DNA of 24,769 bases from an uncultured virus (IMG/VR IMGVR_UViG_3300025010_000044) (Duplodnaviria > Heunggongvirae > Uroviricota > Caudoviricetes). The stretch is taken from the IMG/VR virus record IMGVR_UViG_3300025010_000044; one strand, 5' to 3'. The notes beneath the pieces were generated by a model, which saw only the letters and a list, made by a program, of their open reading frames with translations, was not told the origin of the DNA and did no database searches. The position numbers were made by a program, and so were the translations under genes. This document shows, one piece after another, positions 16,434-24,230 of this stretch; the first letter of the stretch is position 1; the number at the start of each line of letters is the position of its first letter.

Positions 16434-18614
16434 ATGCCTAAAATAAGTGAATATGCAGAATTAGTAACCCCTACCGATGATGATTTATTGGTAACGGTAA
16501 GTGCCGGAGTTACGAAAAAAATAAAACGAGCTAATTTTTTAGGGAAGACGCTGAATTACATAGGTATTGCCGGAGCCGCCGGTTTTGGCGTTGGTATTTG
16601 CCCAAATACCTTGCCCGCCGGAATGCTTGCCTTGGTCGGTTATGATGTAATTGGTAACGATCAATACGGCAACTACCAATACAGTGATGGAAGTATAATG
16701 GTTTGGGTGCCAAAGTTTTACTACAAAGTTTTACATGACGGGACAACAAATATTAACAAAGTGCTTATTGCAAGTGTTTATGATTACGAGAACGAAACAG
16801 CCGCCAACGCCGCCGGTTATGCTTTGCACCGTTCATTCATTGATGGCGGCGTAATTAAAGACGGCTTCTTTATTGATAAATATAAATGGTCGCTTACAAA
16901 CTTTGTCTTGAGCACGAGCGGTATTGCAAGTTCTATTAAAAACGGAAACCCGATTGCGGCTGATGCGGCGTTAAGACGCGATAGAGCGATAACAATTACT
17001 AACGCAACGGCAAGCGGTGCAGAAGTAACGGTAACGGCAACTTCTCACGGATTAACAACCGGAACCCCCTCCGCGATGACATTAGTTATTAGCGGTGTTG
17101 TAGGCATGACAGACCTTAACGGCACAAAAACAGTAATAAGAATTACCGATGCAAACACAATTGTGGTTAGCTTAACAACCGCACAAACCTATACCTCAGG
17201 TGGAATAGCTACTACTGCAAACTTTCCGGGAAGTTTTTCTTCTTGTAAAAGTAATTCTCAATCTCCTACCGATACTTACGGCGGCGCTTGGGCAGTTGCA
17301 AAAAGTCGCGGAAATGATTTTGCTATTTGGTCTATGTTTATAAGTTCGGCAATTGCATTGTTAAGCCTTGCCCATGGGCAAGCGGCTACAAGTACAACTA
17401 ATTGTGCCTGGTATTTAACAAATAAAAATTACCCCAAGGGCGCGAACAATTATGGTGCAGACATTGATGACGCAACATGTACATTTACCGCTTGCAGTGA
17501 TGCGTATTGGGCTTCGCGCAATGAAGCAAGAAAGAACGGCAGCGGAACTCTTTTTGCCAAGACAACCCACAACGGGCAAAATTGCGGAGTTGCAGACATT
17601 CAAGGGGACCAGTGGCAAATAGCACAAGGATTAACGGCAATTATATCAACGCTTGCCTTTGACGCGGCAGTTGCACAAGCTTTAACCGATACTCTTGCAG
17701 CAATAACCGCCGGTACTATTGATCTTACGATTAACGGAGTTTCTTACCAGCAAGCATTTGACACAAGCGCGACAATTACAGCAACTGCTTTTTTTACTGC
17801 TCATGCAGCGGCATTAGACACAGCCGGGATTACTTTGACCAATCCCTCAGCAGCCGCTTTAAGATTTGTTGCTAAAGTTGCCGGAGTTCCTTTTACGTTT
17901 GTTGAAACTTCCGCCGGGACAGATGGGACTTGGACACAATCAGCCGTTACTGCAAACGTTACACCTGCGGTTGCCACGGATACTAATACGAAAGTACAAA
18001 TAAAAGCAACAAATCATGGTTTATTAGTAAACAATTGGATAATGATTACAGCCGTAGGAGGCATTACTGATCTGAATAGTAAGATATGGAAAATATCAGA
18101 TGTTATTGATGCAAACAACATTAAGGTTGCTTGTGCAACAGCTCAGGTATGGACAAGTGCCGGAACAATCACTAAAGGCAAATTCTACATTTTAAAAGAA
18201 AGTGTAGCTATTAAAAATATAACGGGATCAAATGCCGGTGCAACAGACCATTTTGGGGCAACCGGTGTTGCGGCATTAATGGAAGAGATCGTTCCCAATT
18301 TTGCAAATGGTGGAGTTTTTGCTCAAAAGTTTGGCAATAGCACAAACCAAGTTTTGCCGTTTAATACATCCCGTACAAACGTAAATTATAAATTAGGAGC
18401 TTTGGGATTACCAGATGTAAGCGGTATGAGCACGGGTGGAATTAATTTATTTGGGACAGATTACTTCTATCAATATTTGATAAATGAACTGTGCCCGGGT
18501 TTCGGCGGCATTTGGGATTATTCTACTACTGCCGGGGTTTGGAGTGTCAGTTTGTATTACAATCGTGCTTATTCAGGTAGGAATGTTTCGGCGCGGGCGT
18601 GCCTTTATGTTTAG
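16434..18614 (+). CDS. DGR target protein: fibre/receptor-binding adhesin with C-terminal C-type-lectin-like (Mtd/FGE-type) variable domain, 726 aa
   Basis: Motifs MVWVPKFYY, LHRSFIDGG, FFIDKY, THNG--CGVAD--G--W, and terminal GG-W....AGVW---L---R--S--NVSARA. The VR occupies the last ~40 codons. Confidence 0.92.
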   Translation: MPKISEYAELVTPTDDDLLVTVSAGVTKKIKRANFLGKTLNYIGIAGAAGFGVGICPNTLPAGMLALVGYDVIGNDQYGNYQYSDGSIMVWVPKFYYKVLHDGTTNINKVLIASVYDYENETAANAAGYALHRSFIDGGVIKDGFFIDKYKWSLTNFVLSTSGIASSIKNGNPIAADAALRRDRAITITNATASGAEVTVTATSHGLTTGTPSAMTLVISGVVGMTDLNGTKTVIRITDANTIVVSLTTAQTYTSGGIATTANFPGSFSSCKSNSQSPTDTYGGAWAVAKSRGNDFAIWSMFISSAIALLSLAHGQAATSTTNCAWYLTNKNYPKGANNYGADIDDATCTFTACSDAYWASRNEARKNGSGTLFAKTTHNGQNCGVADIQGDQWQIAQGLTAIISTLAFDAAVAQALTDTLAAITAGTIDLTINGVSYQQAFDTSATITATAFFTAHAAALDTAGITLTNPSAAALRFVAKVAGVPFTFVETSAGTDGTWTQSAVTANVTPAVATDTNTKVQIKATNHGLLVNNWIMITAVGGITDLNSKIWKISDVIDANNIKVACATAQVWTSAGTITKGKFYILKESVAIKNITGSNAGATDHFGATGVAALMEEIVPNFANGGVFAQKFGNSTNQVLPFNTSRTNVNYKLGALGLPDVSGMSTGGINLFGTDYFYQYLINELCPGFGGIWDYSTTAGVWSVSLYYNRAYSGRNVSARACLYV
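18489..18604 (+). repeat. DGR variable repeat (VR) including G/C element and start of IMH
   Basis: 116-nt ungapped match to 19028-19143 with 19 mismatches, 18 at TR adenines. G/C tract CGGCGCGGGCG at 18589-18599. Confidence 0.95.
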
Positions 18615-18621
18615 ATGCACA

Positions 18622-18637
18622 GCGAACGATAGTGAGC
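18622..18637 (+). other. Putative DGR target-recognition DNA hairpin (non-canonical)
   Basis: GC-GA-AC-[GATA]-GT-GA-GC, starting 7 nt after the target stop codon, where DGR hairpins normally lie. Confidence 0.45.
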
Positions 18638-18662
18638 GATAATTAAGAAGAACGAAAAGGAA

Positions 18663-19025
18663 ATGGCAGAATATCATTTAATAGTAAAAAAGATTAGAGA
18701 CATGATGGTTTACAACAACATCATGCTTAAGCAATTTCCTAAACATGAAAAGTATTTATTGGCAAATAAAATAAGGGAGACCGGATATGAAATATTTGAA
18801 TCCGCCATAACCATCAACAAAAAGTTCTATAAGAAAACTACGTTTTCTGATTTGAACATAAAGCATGAATTGTTAAGGCAATTTGTAAACCTTGCAGCAG
18901 AACTAAAATACATTGATCTGCAAAAGCATAGAGTATCTCAAACACATATAGACGAAGTTGGTAAGATGATAGGAGCATGGATAAAGAAAGAACTTGGAGA
19001 CGATGAACAGAAGGGAAAGGCTTAA
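18663..19025 (+). CDS. avd: DGR accessory variability determinant (Avd, four-helix bundle), 120 aa
   Basis: FPKHEKY-LA--IR...L----E-LR----LA----YI...EVGKMIGAW-K signature; located between VR and TR. Confidence 0.93.
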   Translation: MAEYHLIVKKIRDMMVYNNIMLKQFPKHEKYLLANKIRETGYEIFESAITINKKFYKKTTFSDLNIKHELLRQFVNLAAELKYIDLQKHRVSQTHIDEVGKMIGAWIKKELGDDEQKGKA

Positions 19026-19027
19026 TA

Positions 19028-19143
19028 ATGTGCCCGATTTTCGGCGGCAATTGGAATAATTCAACTAATGCCGGAGTTTGGAATGTCAATTTGAATAACA
19101 ATCGTACTAATTCAAATAGAAATGTTTCGGCGCGGGCGTGACT
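19028..19143 (+). repeat. DGR template repeat (TR)
   Basis: Intergenic between avd and RT. 34 adenines and 12 AAY codons in the VR frame (11 AAT, 1 AAC). Ends in the G/C tract plus a divergent IMH*. Confidence 0.95.
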
Positions 19144-19299
19144 CTGATATTTATATTGAAAGCTATTACGTTAAGGCGTAGCAGATGCAATCTATCAAAG
19201 GGAGCGTTTTCCTTGTCCACAGTTGGCAAAAATGCAACTGAATAATAATTAAAGTAGTAAGTGCGAAATTCTGATTATTTAGGAACTTATAAAAAAAGA

Positions 19300-20337
19300 A
19301 TGAAGAGAATAGGAAATTTGAAATCGAGCTGGTGCAATTATGAAGCTTTGCATAAAGCATTTTACGAAGTGAAGAAAAACAAAAGTTATTATCACTCAAT
19401 AATAGAATTTGAAAGCAATTTAGTGAGCAACTTAAACAGAATATTAATATCACTTGAGGACGGCACCTACAAAGTGCAGCCTACACGGGATTTTTATATT
19501 ACCGATCCAAAGGTTCGTTTAATTCAAGCTCCGCAATTTGAGGATAGGATCGTACAACATGCAGTCCTAAACTCTATTCGTGAAAAAGTTGAATGCAAGT
19601 TTATTGATCAAACGTTCGCGTGCATTAAAGGACGCGGAACACACAGTGCAAGTGATCTATTGAAAAGATATTTGGTGAATTACAAGAATGAAGGGTATTA
19701 CTTAAAGGTTGATATTAAGAAATTCTTCTATACGATTAATCACAAAGTTTTAGATTATCAATTAAGCCGAATAATAAAATGCAAACCCACGCTTGAATTA
19801 TTAAAGAAGTTTTATAAAGATGGAACGGGCAAGGGACTTCCTTTGGGCAATGTAACATCACAGTTATTTGCCAATCTTGCGCTAAACCCCATAGATCATC
19901 TGTTGAAAAGAGTTCTGAAATGTATTCATGTAATTAGATATATGGACGACATTGTAATTCTTTCTAAAAGTAAAACATTTTTGCATCAAGTTCTCGAGAT
20001 CTTAAAACAATTGCTTGCAAAACTCAAATTGGTAACGAACAAAAAGACGCAAATAGGACTAATTGCTGATGGAATAGACTTTGTTGGTTACAGAACATGG
20101 TTTAATAACAGATTGATCCGGAAACGATCATTATATAAAATAAAAAGAGTATTGAAAAAGCATCCAGACATAAACAGAATAGCCTCATATTTGGCGCACT
20201 CGAAACGTACAAACTCATTAATTTATGTACTAATGCAAATGGTAAAGGTAATTGATTCTTTACTTCTCGAATTTGTAAAAACATGGTTAATTAAAAACAA
20301 GGAAAAAGGAGAATATCATGCGATATTTCAAAGCTAA
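19300..20337 (+). CDS. DGR reverse transcriptase, 345 aa
   Basis: MKRIGNL start, PK-RLI-AP-F-DRIVQHA, GRGTH, YYLK-DIKKFF, GLPLGNVTSQLFAN (DGR-type SQ motif), RYMDD, GIDFVGY. No maturase/endonuclease extension. Confidence 0.96.
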   Translation: MKRIGNLKSSWCNYEALHKAFYEVKKNKSYYHSIIEFESNLVSNLNRILISLEDGTYKVQPTRDFYITDPKVRLIQAPQFEDRIVQHAVLNSIREKVECKFIDQTFACIKGRGTHSASDLLKRYLVNYKNEGYYLKVDIKKFFYTINHKVLDYQLSRIIKCKPTLELLKKFYKDGTGKGLPLGNVTSQLFANLALNPIDHLLKRVLKCIHVIRYMDDIVILSKSKTFLHQVLEILKQLLAKLKLVTNKKTQIGLIADGIDFVGYRTWFNNRLIRKRSLYKIKRVLKKHPDINRIASYLAHSKRTNSLIYVLMQMVKVIDSLLLEFVKTWLIKNKEKGEYHAIFQS

Positions 20338-20722
20338 AAAAGTAATTACAGAATTTACAACGCTGAGTTTTGGCAGCACAAACCAAGAGGATAAGATAAT
20401 CCATTATGATGAATTGGATGGAGTAGAATATCTTGGTGTAGATAGTACTGATGTAGATATTTTGTCAAAACAACCGGCGGAAATTGAAGCGGTTGAATTA
20501 ACCTTTGCAGAAATTAAGCCAATACTTGACAATTGCAGAATGATGATAGAGTATAATTCAATTATCGAGAGAAAAATAGCTGAAAAATATTCCATCCCCC
20601 AAGAAATTAAAATGCTAAAACTTAGCGTAACAGATGCAACAAGAATAGCATATCAATCTTACGTTGATGAATGCAAAGCGGAAGTAAGACCATCAAAATT
20701 AGCAATGGGTTTGGTTGAATAA
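20318..20722 (+). CDS. Hypothetical protein, possibly fibre assembly/chaperone, 134 aa
   Basis: AGGAG SD; overlaps the RT end by 20 nt. C-terminal I--KYS---E...Y--YV-ECK---K--MG pattern resembles small genes accompanying fibre genes. Confidence 0.6.
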   Translation: MRYFKAKKVITEFTTLSFGSTNQEDKIIHYDELDGVEYLGVDSTDVDILSKQPAEIEAVELTFAEIKPILDNCRMMIEYNSIIERKIAEKYSIPQEIKMLKLSVTDATRIAYQSYVDECKAEVRPSKLAMGLVE

Positions 20723-21870
20723 TGAAAACACCGAACGAAATTCTAAAAGATTTAAGCGGTGATTTTGTCGCAAACCAGAGCAAAATAACATTTTTAGGGT
20801 TGGAATCGGTTAGTCGTGCAATTTTAACAGCTGTAAAAAATGTGCTATACGAACTATGGAACGATCTGTTTCAGCAAAAGCGGAAAATGTTTCTCGATAC
20901 GTCTAAAGGAAGTGATCTTATTGCTTTGGGGGCAAAGTTGGGATTAACTATAAACAGCGCATCAAAGAGTAGTAATGTTTTATTATTTAATGGACCAACG
21001 GATACCGTCATTGTTTCCGGCACCGCGGTTAAAAGTATTATAAGCGGCGAACAAGTAGTTACTACTGAAGAAATAATTTTAGGGAAAAGTAATTTGCTGG
21101 TTGGAGATGTAATCTCTAACAGCATCGGGAATGCAGTTCTTGCAGAAAGCAGCAATACCGGCAAAAAAACAAGAGTTGGGGTGAATGAATTAACTCAATT
21201 GGTTATACCAATATCCGGAGTTACGGTAACAAATTTAGTCCCTTCCGTTGGAGGAGGGGATGCGGAAAGCGATGAAGTATTTAGAGAGCGGATAAGGAAT
21301 TATATAAAAACGCTTAACCAGGGCACTCGTGATTTTTATACAGCATTAGCAAAAACAGTTGAAACAACTATTAACAAAGTTTTGGTTAAAGCAGATCCGG
21401 CAAACATGGGAGTGAAATTATACTTGCTAAAGAATTCTTTTGCTCCGTACACAAACGTAGAACTACTTGCCATTGCCGCGAGCGTATATGCAAATCAGAG
21501 AGCATGTAACGGTTTAGTTTGTTATAACGCATTGTTAAAATCAATTAATGTGGTTTTTGATTATGAGGGAGATGGAGTTACAAGTAAAGAAATAGTCTTT
21601 AGCGCTGTTGCGGCTGCAATTGCAAATTACATTGAACCAAAAGTAGATTATGCGGCGACAATTCTTTACAACGATATTCTGAACATTGTTTTAGATATAA
21701 GCGGGATAAAAAAATTAAACTTGAAATCACTTCTTGTGAATAACTATCAAGCTGATATTATTTGTGCGGAAACAGAAGTGCCGAGATTTACTTATTTAAA
21801 AACTACTGATTCAACCACGGTAACATCGGTTGAAAAAGACTTAAATCAAAAATTGATAACGGCAGAATGA
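20722..21870 (+). CDS. Baseplate J-like wedge protein, 382 aa
   Basis: FLDT--G-DL--LG, I-SGT-V, A---G---VG-N-L, VTN-----GG-DAESDE-FRERI...GT are baseplate J signatures. Confidence 0.9.
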   Translation: MKTPNEILKDLSGDFVANQSKITFLGLESVSRAILTAVKNVLYELWNDLFQQKRKMFLDTSKGSDLIALGAKLGLTINSASKSSNVLLFNGPTDTVIVSGTAVKSIISGEQVVTTEEIILGKSNLLVGDVISNSIGNAVLAESSNTGKKTRVGVNELTQLVIPISGVTVTNLVPSVGGGDAESDEVFRERIRNYIKTLNQGTRDFYTALAKTVETTINKVLVKADPANMGVKLYLLKNSFAPYTNVELLAIAASVYANQRACNGLVCYNALLKSINVVFDYEGDGVTSKEIVFSAVAAAIANYIEPKVDYAATILYNDILNIVLDISGIKKLNLKSLLVNNYQADIICAETEVPRFTYLKTTDSTTVTSVEKDLNQKLITAE

Positions 21871-22454
21871 CCATAGAGCAGATAAAAGATAAGATACTAA
21901 AGTTTACGGCTTCGTTTGTAAAAATAAATGAAATCTTTACCGGCTTATATACTGCAATTGCAACATCGATTAGTTATGCTTTAACCGAAATTGAAGGATT
22001 GCCGAACGCGGATTGGACCGGAAAAGGATTAATAAAAAATTGTGAAGAGAATGGAATTATTAACACAACACGGAGCGAAGCAAGTCTTAAGACCGATCTT
22101 GCAAACCGCTATGGAATAAATTTAGCGAGAGGGACGGAAGCGGGAATATTAGACGATGTAAGTAAACTGCTTAACATTAATAATGCGGTTGATCTTACAA
22201 TTGATTTTTACACATTTGCAAGCAGCGGTTTTATTGTTGGGCGTGAAGTCCTTTCAGACCCAAGTATGATAGTTGGAAGCAATAAACTTATTGTAGTTGA
22301 GTATATCCCGAAAATATTGGATGAAACGGCTATCCCAATTTTGGATGAAGACGGAGCTATGATTGGAGCGGATGACATGGATTACTTGAATTTGCGAAGG
22401 GGAGAAATAGAAGAATTAATACCGGTTGACACAAATTTAATCTTGGTGGACTAA
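21867..22454 (+). CDS. Baseplate wedge protein (gpI-like), 195 aa
   Basis: Follows J with ATGA overlap; RGT--GI motif and terminal I-ELIPV. Confidence 0.65.
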   Translation: MTIEQIKDKILKFTASFVKINEIFTGLYTAIATSISYALTEIEGLPNADWTGKGLIKNCEENGIINTTRSEASLKTDLANRYGINLARGTEAGILDDVSKLLNINNAVDLTIDFYTFASSGFIVGREVLSDPSMIVGSNKLIVVEYIPKILDETAIPILDEDGAMIGADDMDYLNLRRGEIEELIPVDTNLILVD

Positions 22455-24220
22455 TGAAAACGAATATAAAAGATAACTTAAAATTAAATGAAATTGAATT
22501 TTTAAGGTTTCAAGAGCTTATTAATCGTAACCATTACTATGGCTTGGATGCGTTAATAGATACTTATGGATTAATGGTTAGCCAAACCGAGACGAGCACA
22601 TACGGTTTAGAGTGGTTTGTTACGCAAATTGCCACATGGGGATTACAAATAAATTCCGGTGTAGGAATAGCAAAGGGGACGGATGCAAACCCTCATAAAA
22701 TTGAACTGACAAGTCCTTTTATAATTGATGTATCTGCGTATAGTCCGGGAAATTATAAACTATTGGTAAGTCATGCGGTTACAAATTATGAGGAGGGAAT
22801 GGTAGAACTTACGAACGGAAGTTCAACAATTTACGGCACAGATACAAAGTTTACTGAAATATTCGGGACAAACAGAAAACTTATTATTGGTGCTGTTGCT
22901 TATAATATTCTCTCGGTAACCTCAGACACAGAATTATCCTTAGAAGAAGATTATACCGGCGCTGATGTAGCGGCGACACAATTCAAAGTAGGCGGGTGGA
23001 TAATTCCCGATCCCGGAGTAGCAGACAGTATTATTTATGAGTATGACACTCTTGCTTTTAGACTAACAACCGGAGCCGCAACAGCCTATGAATATGTACT
23101 TGCCTACGTTTCCATTGGTGCGGGGGGAATAACTAGTATTAGCGATGGAAGATATACAAACATATTCAAACTATTTTACAACATTTTGCCATCACACCGC
23201 TTTGAGACAGCTCCATCAACATTAGTTACAGGAGTGGTTACAATCCCGACATCAGGATCGGTAACTATTAACGTAGCCGATGCTTCGAATTTCCCGGAAA
23301 GCGGAACTCTTTTTGCCGAGACGCAGTTTGGATTATTGTCTTTTACTTTCAATTCAAAAACAGCATTTGAGTTGCTTCAGTGTACTATGGTTTCTCCGAA
23401 TCCGGCAACAACGCTTGCCATTGATGACGTTATAACAACAAATTCGCAACTTGCACTTATGGATTTTTGGGGATTAAGAATTCTTGCCGGAACGATAAAA
23501 GCATTAAATATGCAAACCAATAACCTCAAACTGTATGGTAGCGGGAATTTATGCGGCGAATTAAAAGCGTTTGGCGGAGTAACTGCATATGGGACAGATA
23601 CGCTAATGTTAGATGCCGACAATTTTAATCTTGCCTCAGATGATGCAACCTACCAGTGGATAACAAGTTTTATTTTAGGAATATTAAACGTTTCACGATT
23701 TACAATTGGCGTAGGATATGACTACACCAATTCACTTGATTTTACAGTTGCAAATGTAATCAAAACACTTTCGGCTTTTGATTGTGGTAGTTTAAGAATA
23801 GGCGGTGTACAGCAAAACATTTCTTATGATATTTTTAACAGCCTTTCAGAAGCTGCAACAACAAACGACGCAACCGCCGCTGCAACAAAAATATGGTCAC
23901 AGTCAACCAGCAAAGGGTTGAAAATAAGAACCTATTACCGGCATAAAACAGGGAATAAGAATGTTCGAATAATTGCAAATCTTGGCGGGAATACAATTGA
24001 CACAGTATCAACAATGTATTTAAAAGCCGGATCATTAACTGAAGTTAATGTAGCTTATATAGTACCGACGGGATTAGCATACTCTTTAAAGAATGTTGCA
24101 GTTGATGTTAGCGGTTTGACGGATGGGAATGTTTATGAAATTTTAGTATCGCTTGAAGATACTGCGGCGCTTGGCCAGGCATATATGAAAGATGTTGTTA
24201 TTTCAGTAGAAAATTTTTAA
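22454..24220 (+). CDS. Tail fibre / baseplate-attached fibre protein, 588 aa
   Basis: Follows J/I. L-I--G-G-A and LAYV-I-----I-D-R attachment-type motifs, a G-V-LTNGS--I-G-DTKFT fibre motif, and a Thr/Gly-rich beta C-terminus. Confidence 0.7.
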   Translation: MKTNIKDNLKLNEIEFLRFQELINRNHYYGLDALIDTYGLMVSQTETSTYGLEWFVTQIATWGLQINSGVGIAKGTDANPHKIELTSPFIIDVSAYSPGNYKLLVSHAVTNYEEGMVELTNGSSTIYGTDTKFTEIFGTNRKLIIGAVAYNILSVTSDTELSLEEDYTGADVAATQFKVGGWIIPDPGVADSIIYEYDTLAFRLTTGAATAYEYVLAYVSIGAGGITSISDGRYTNIFKLFYNILPSHRFETAPSTLVTGVVTIPTSGSVTINVADASNFPESGTLFAETQFGLLSFTFNSKTAFELLQCTMVSPNPATTLAIDDVITTNSQLALMDFWGLRILAGTIKALNMQTNNLKLYGSGNLCGELKAFGGVTAYGTDTLMLDADNFNLASDDATYQWITSFILGILNVSRFTIGVGYDYTNSLDFTVANVIKTLSAFDCGSLRIGGVQQNISYDIFNSLSEAATTNDATAAATKIWSQSTSKGLKIRTYYRHKTGNKNVRIIANLGGNTIDTVSTMYLKAGSLTEVNVAYIVPTGLAYSLKNVAVDVSGLTDGNVYEILVSLEDTAALGQAYMKDVVISVENF

Positions 24221-24230
24221 CAGGTGAGAT

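Larger units (their letters stand above)
16434..20337 (+). mobile_element. Diversity-generating retroelement (DGR): target/VR - avd - TR - RT
   Basis: All four components are present in BPP-1-like order, with adenine-specific TR/VR mismatches. Confidence 0.97.

Noticed and set aside
19300..20337. Group II intron, retron or Abi-type reverse transcriptase
   Set aside because: Short RT with the DGR-type SQ motif, no maturase/endonuclease domain, adjacent avd and an adenine-specific TR/VR pair.
5654..22454. Tailocin / extracellular contractile injection system rather than phage
   Set aside because: A neck-type gene, a long tape measure, a frameshifted chaperone, an early-type gene cassette and a DGR favour a true phage. 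Capsid genes are outside the window, so this is not formally excluded.
22454..24220. Second DGR target (additional VR) in the tail fibre gene
   Set aside because: No match to the TR or its G/C tract found by eye, and the C-terminus lacks the GG-W...R motif. Targets outside the window cannot be excluded.
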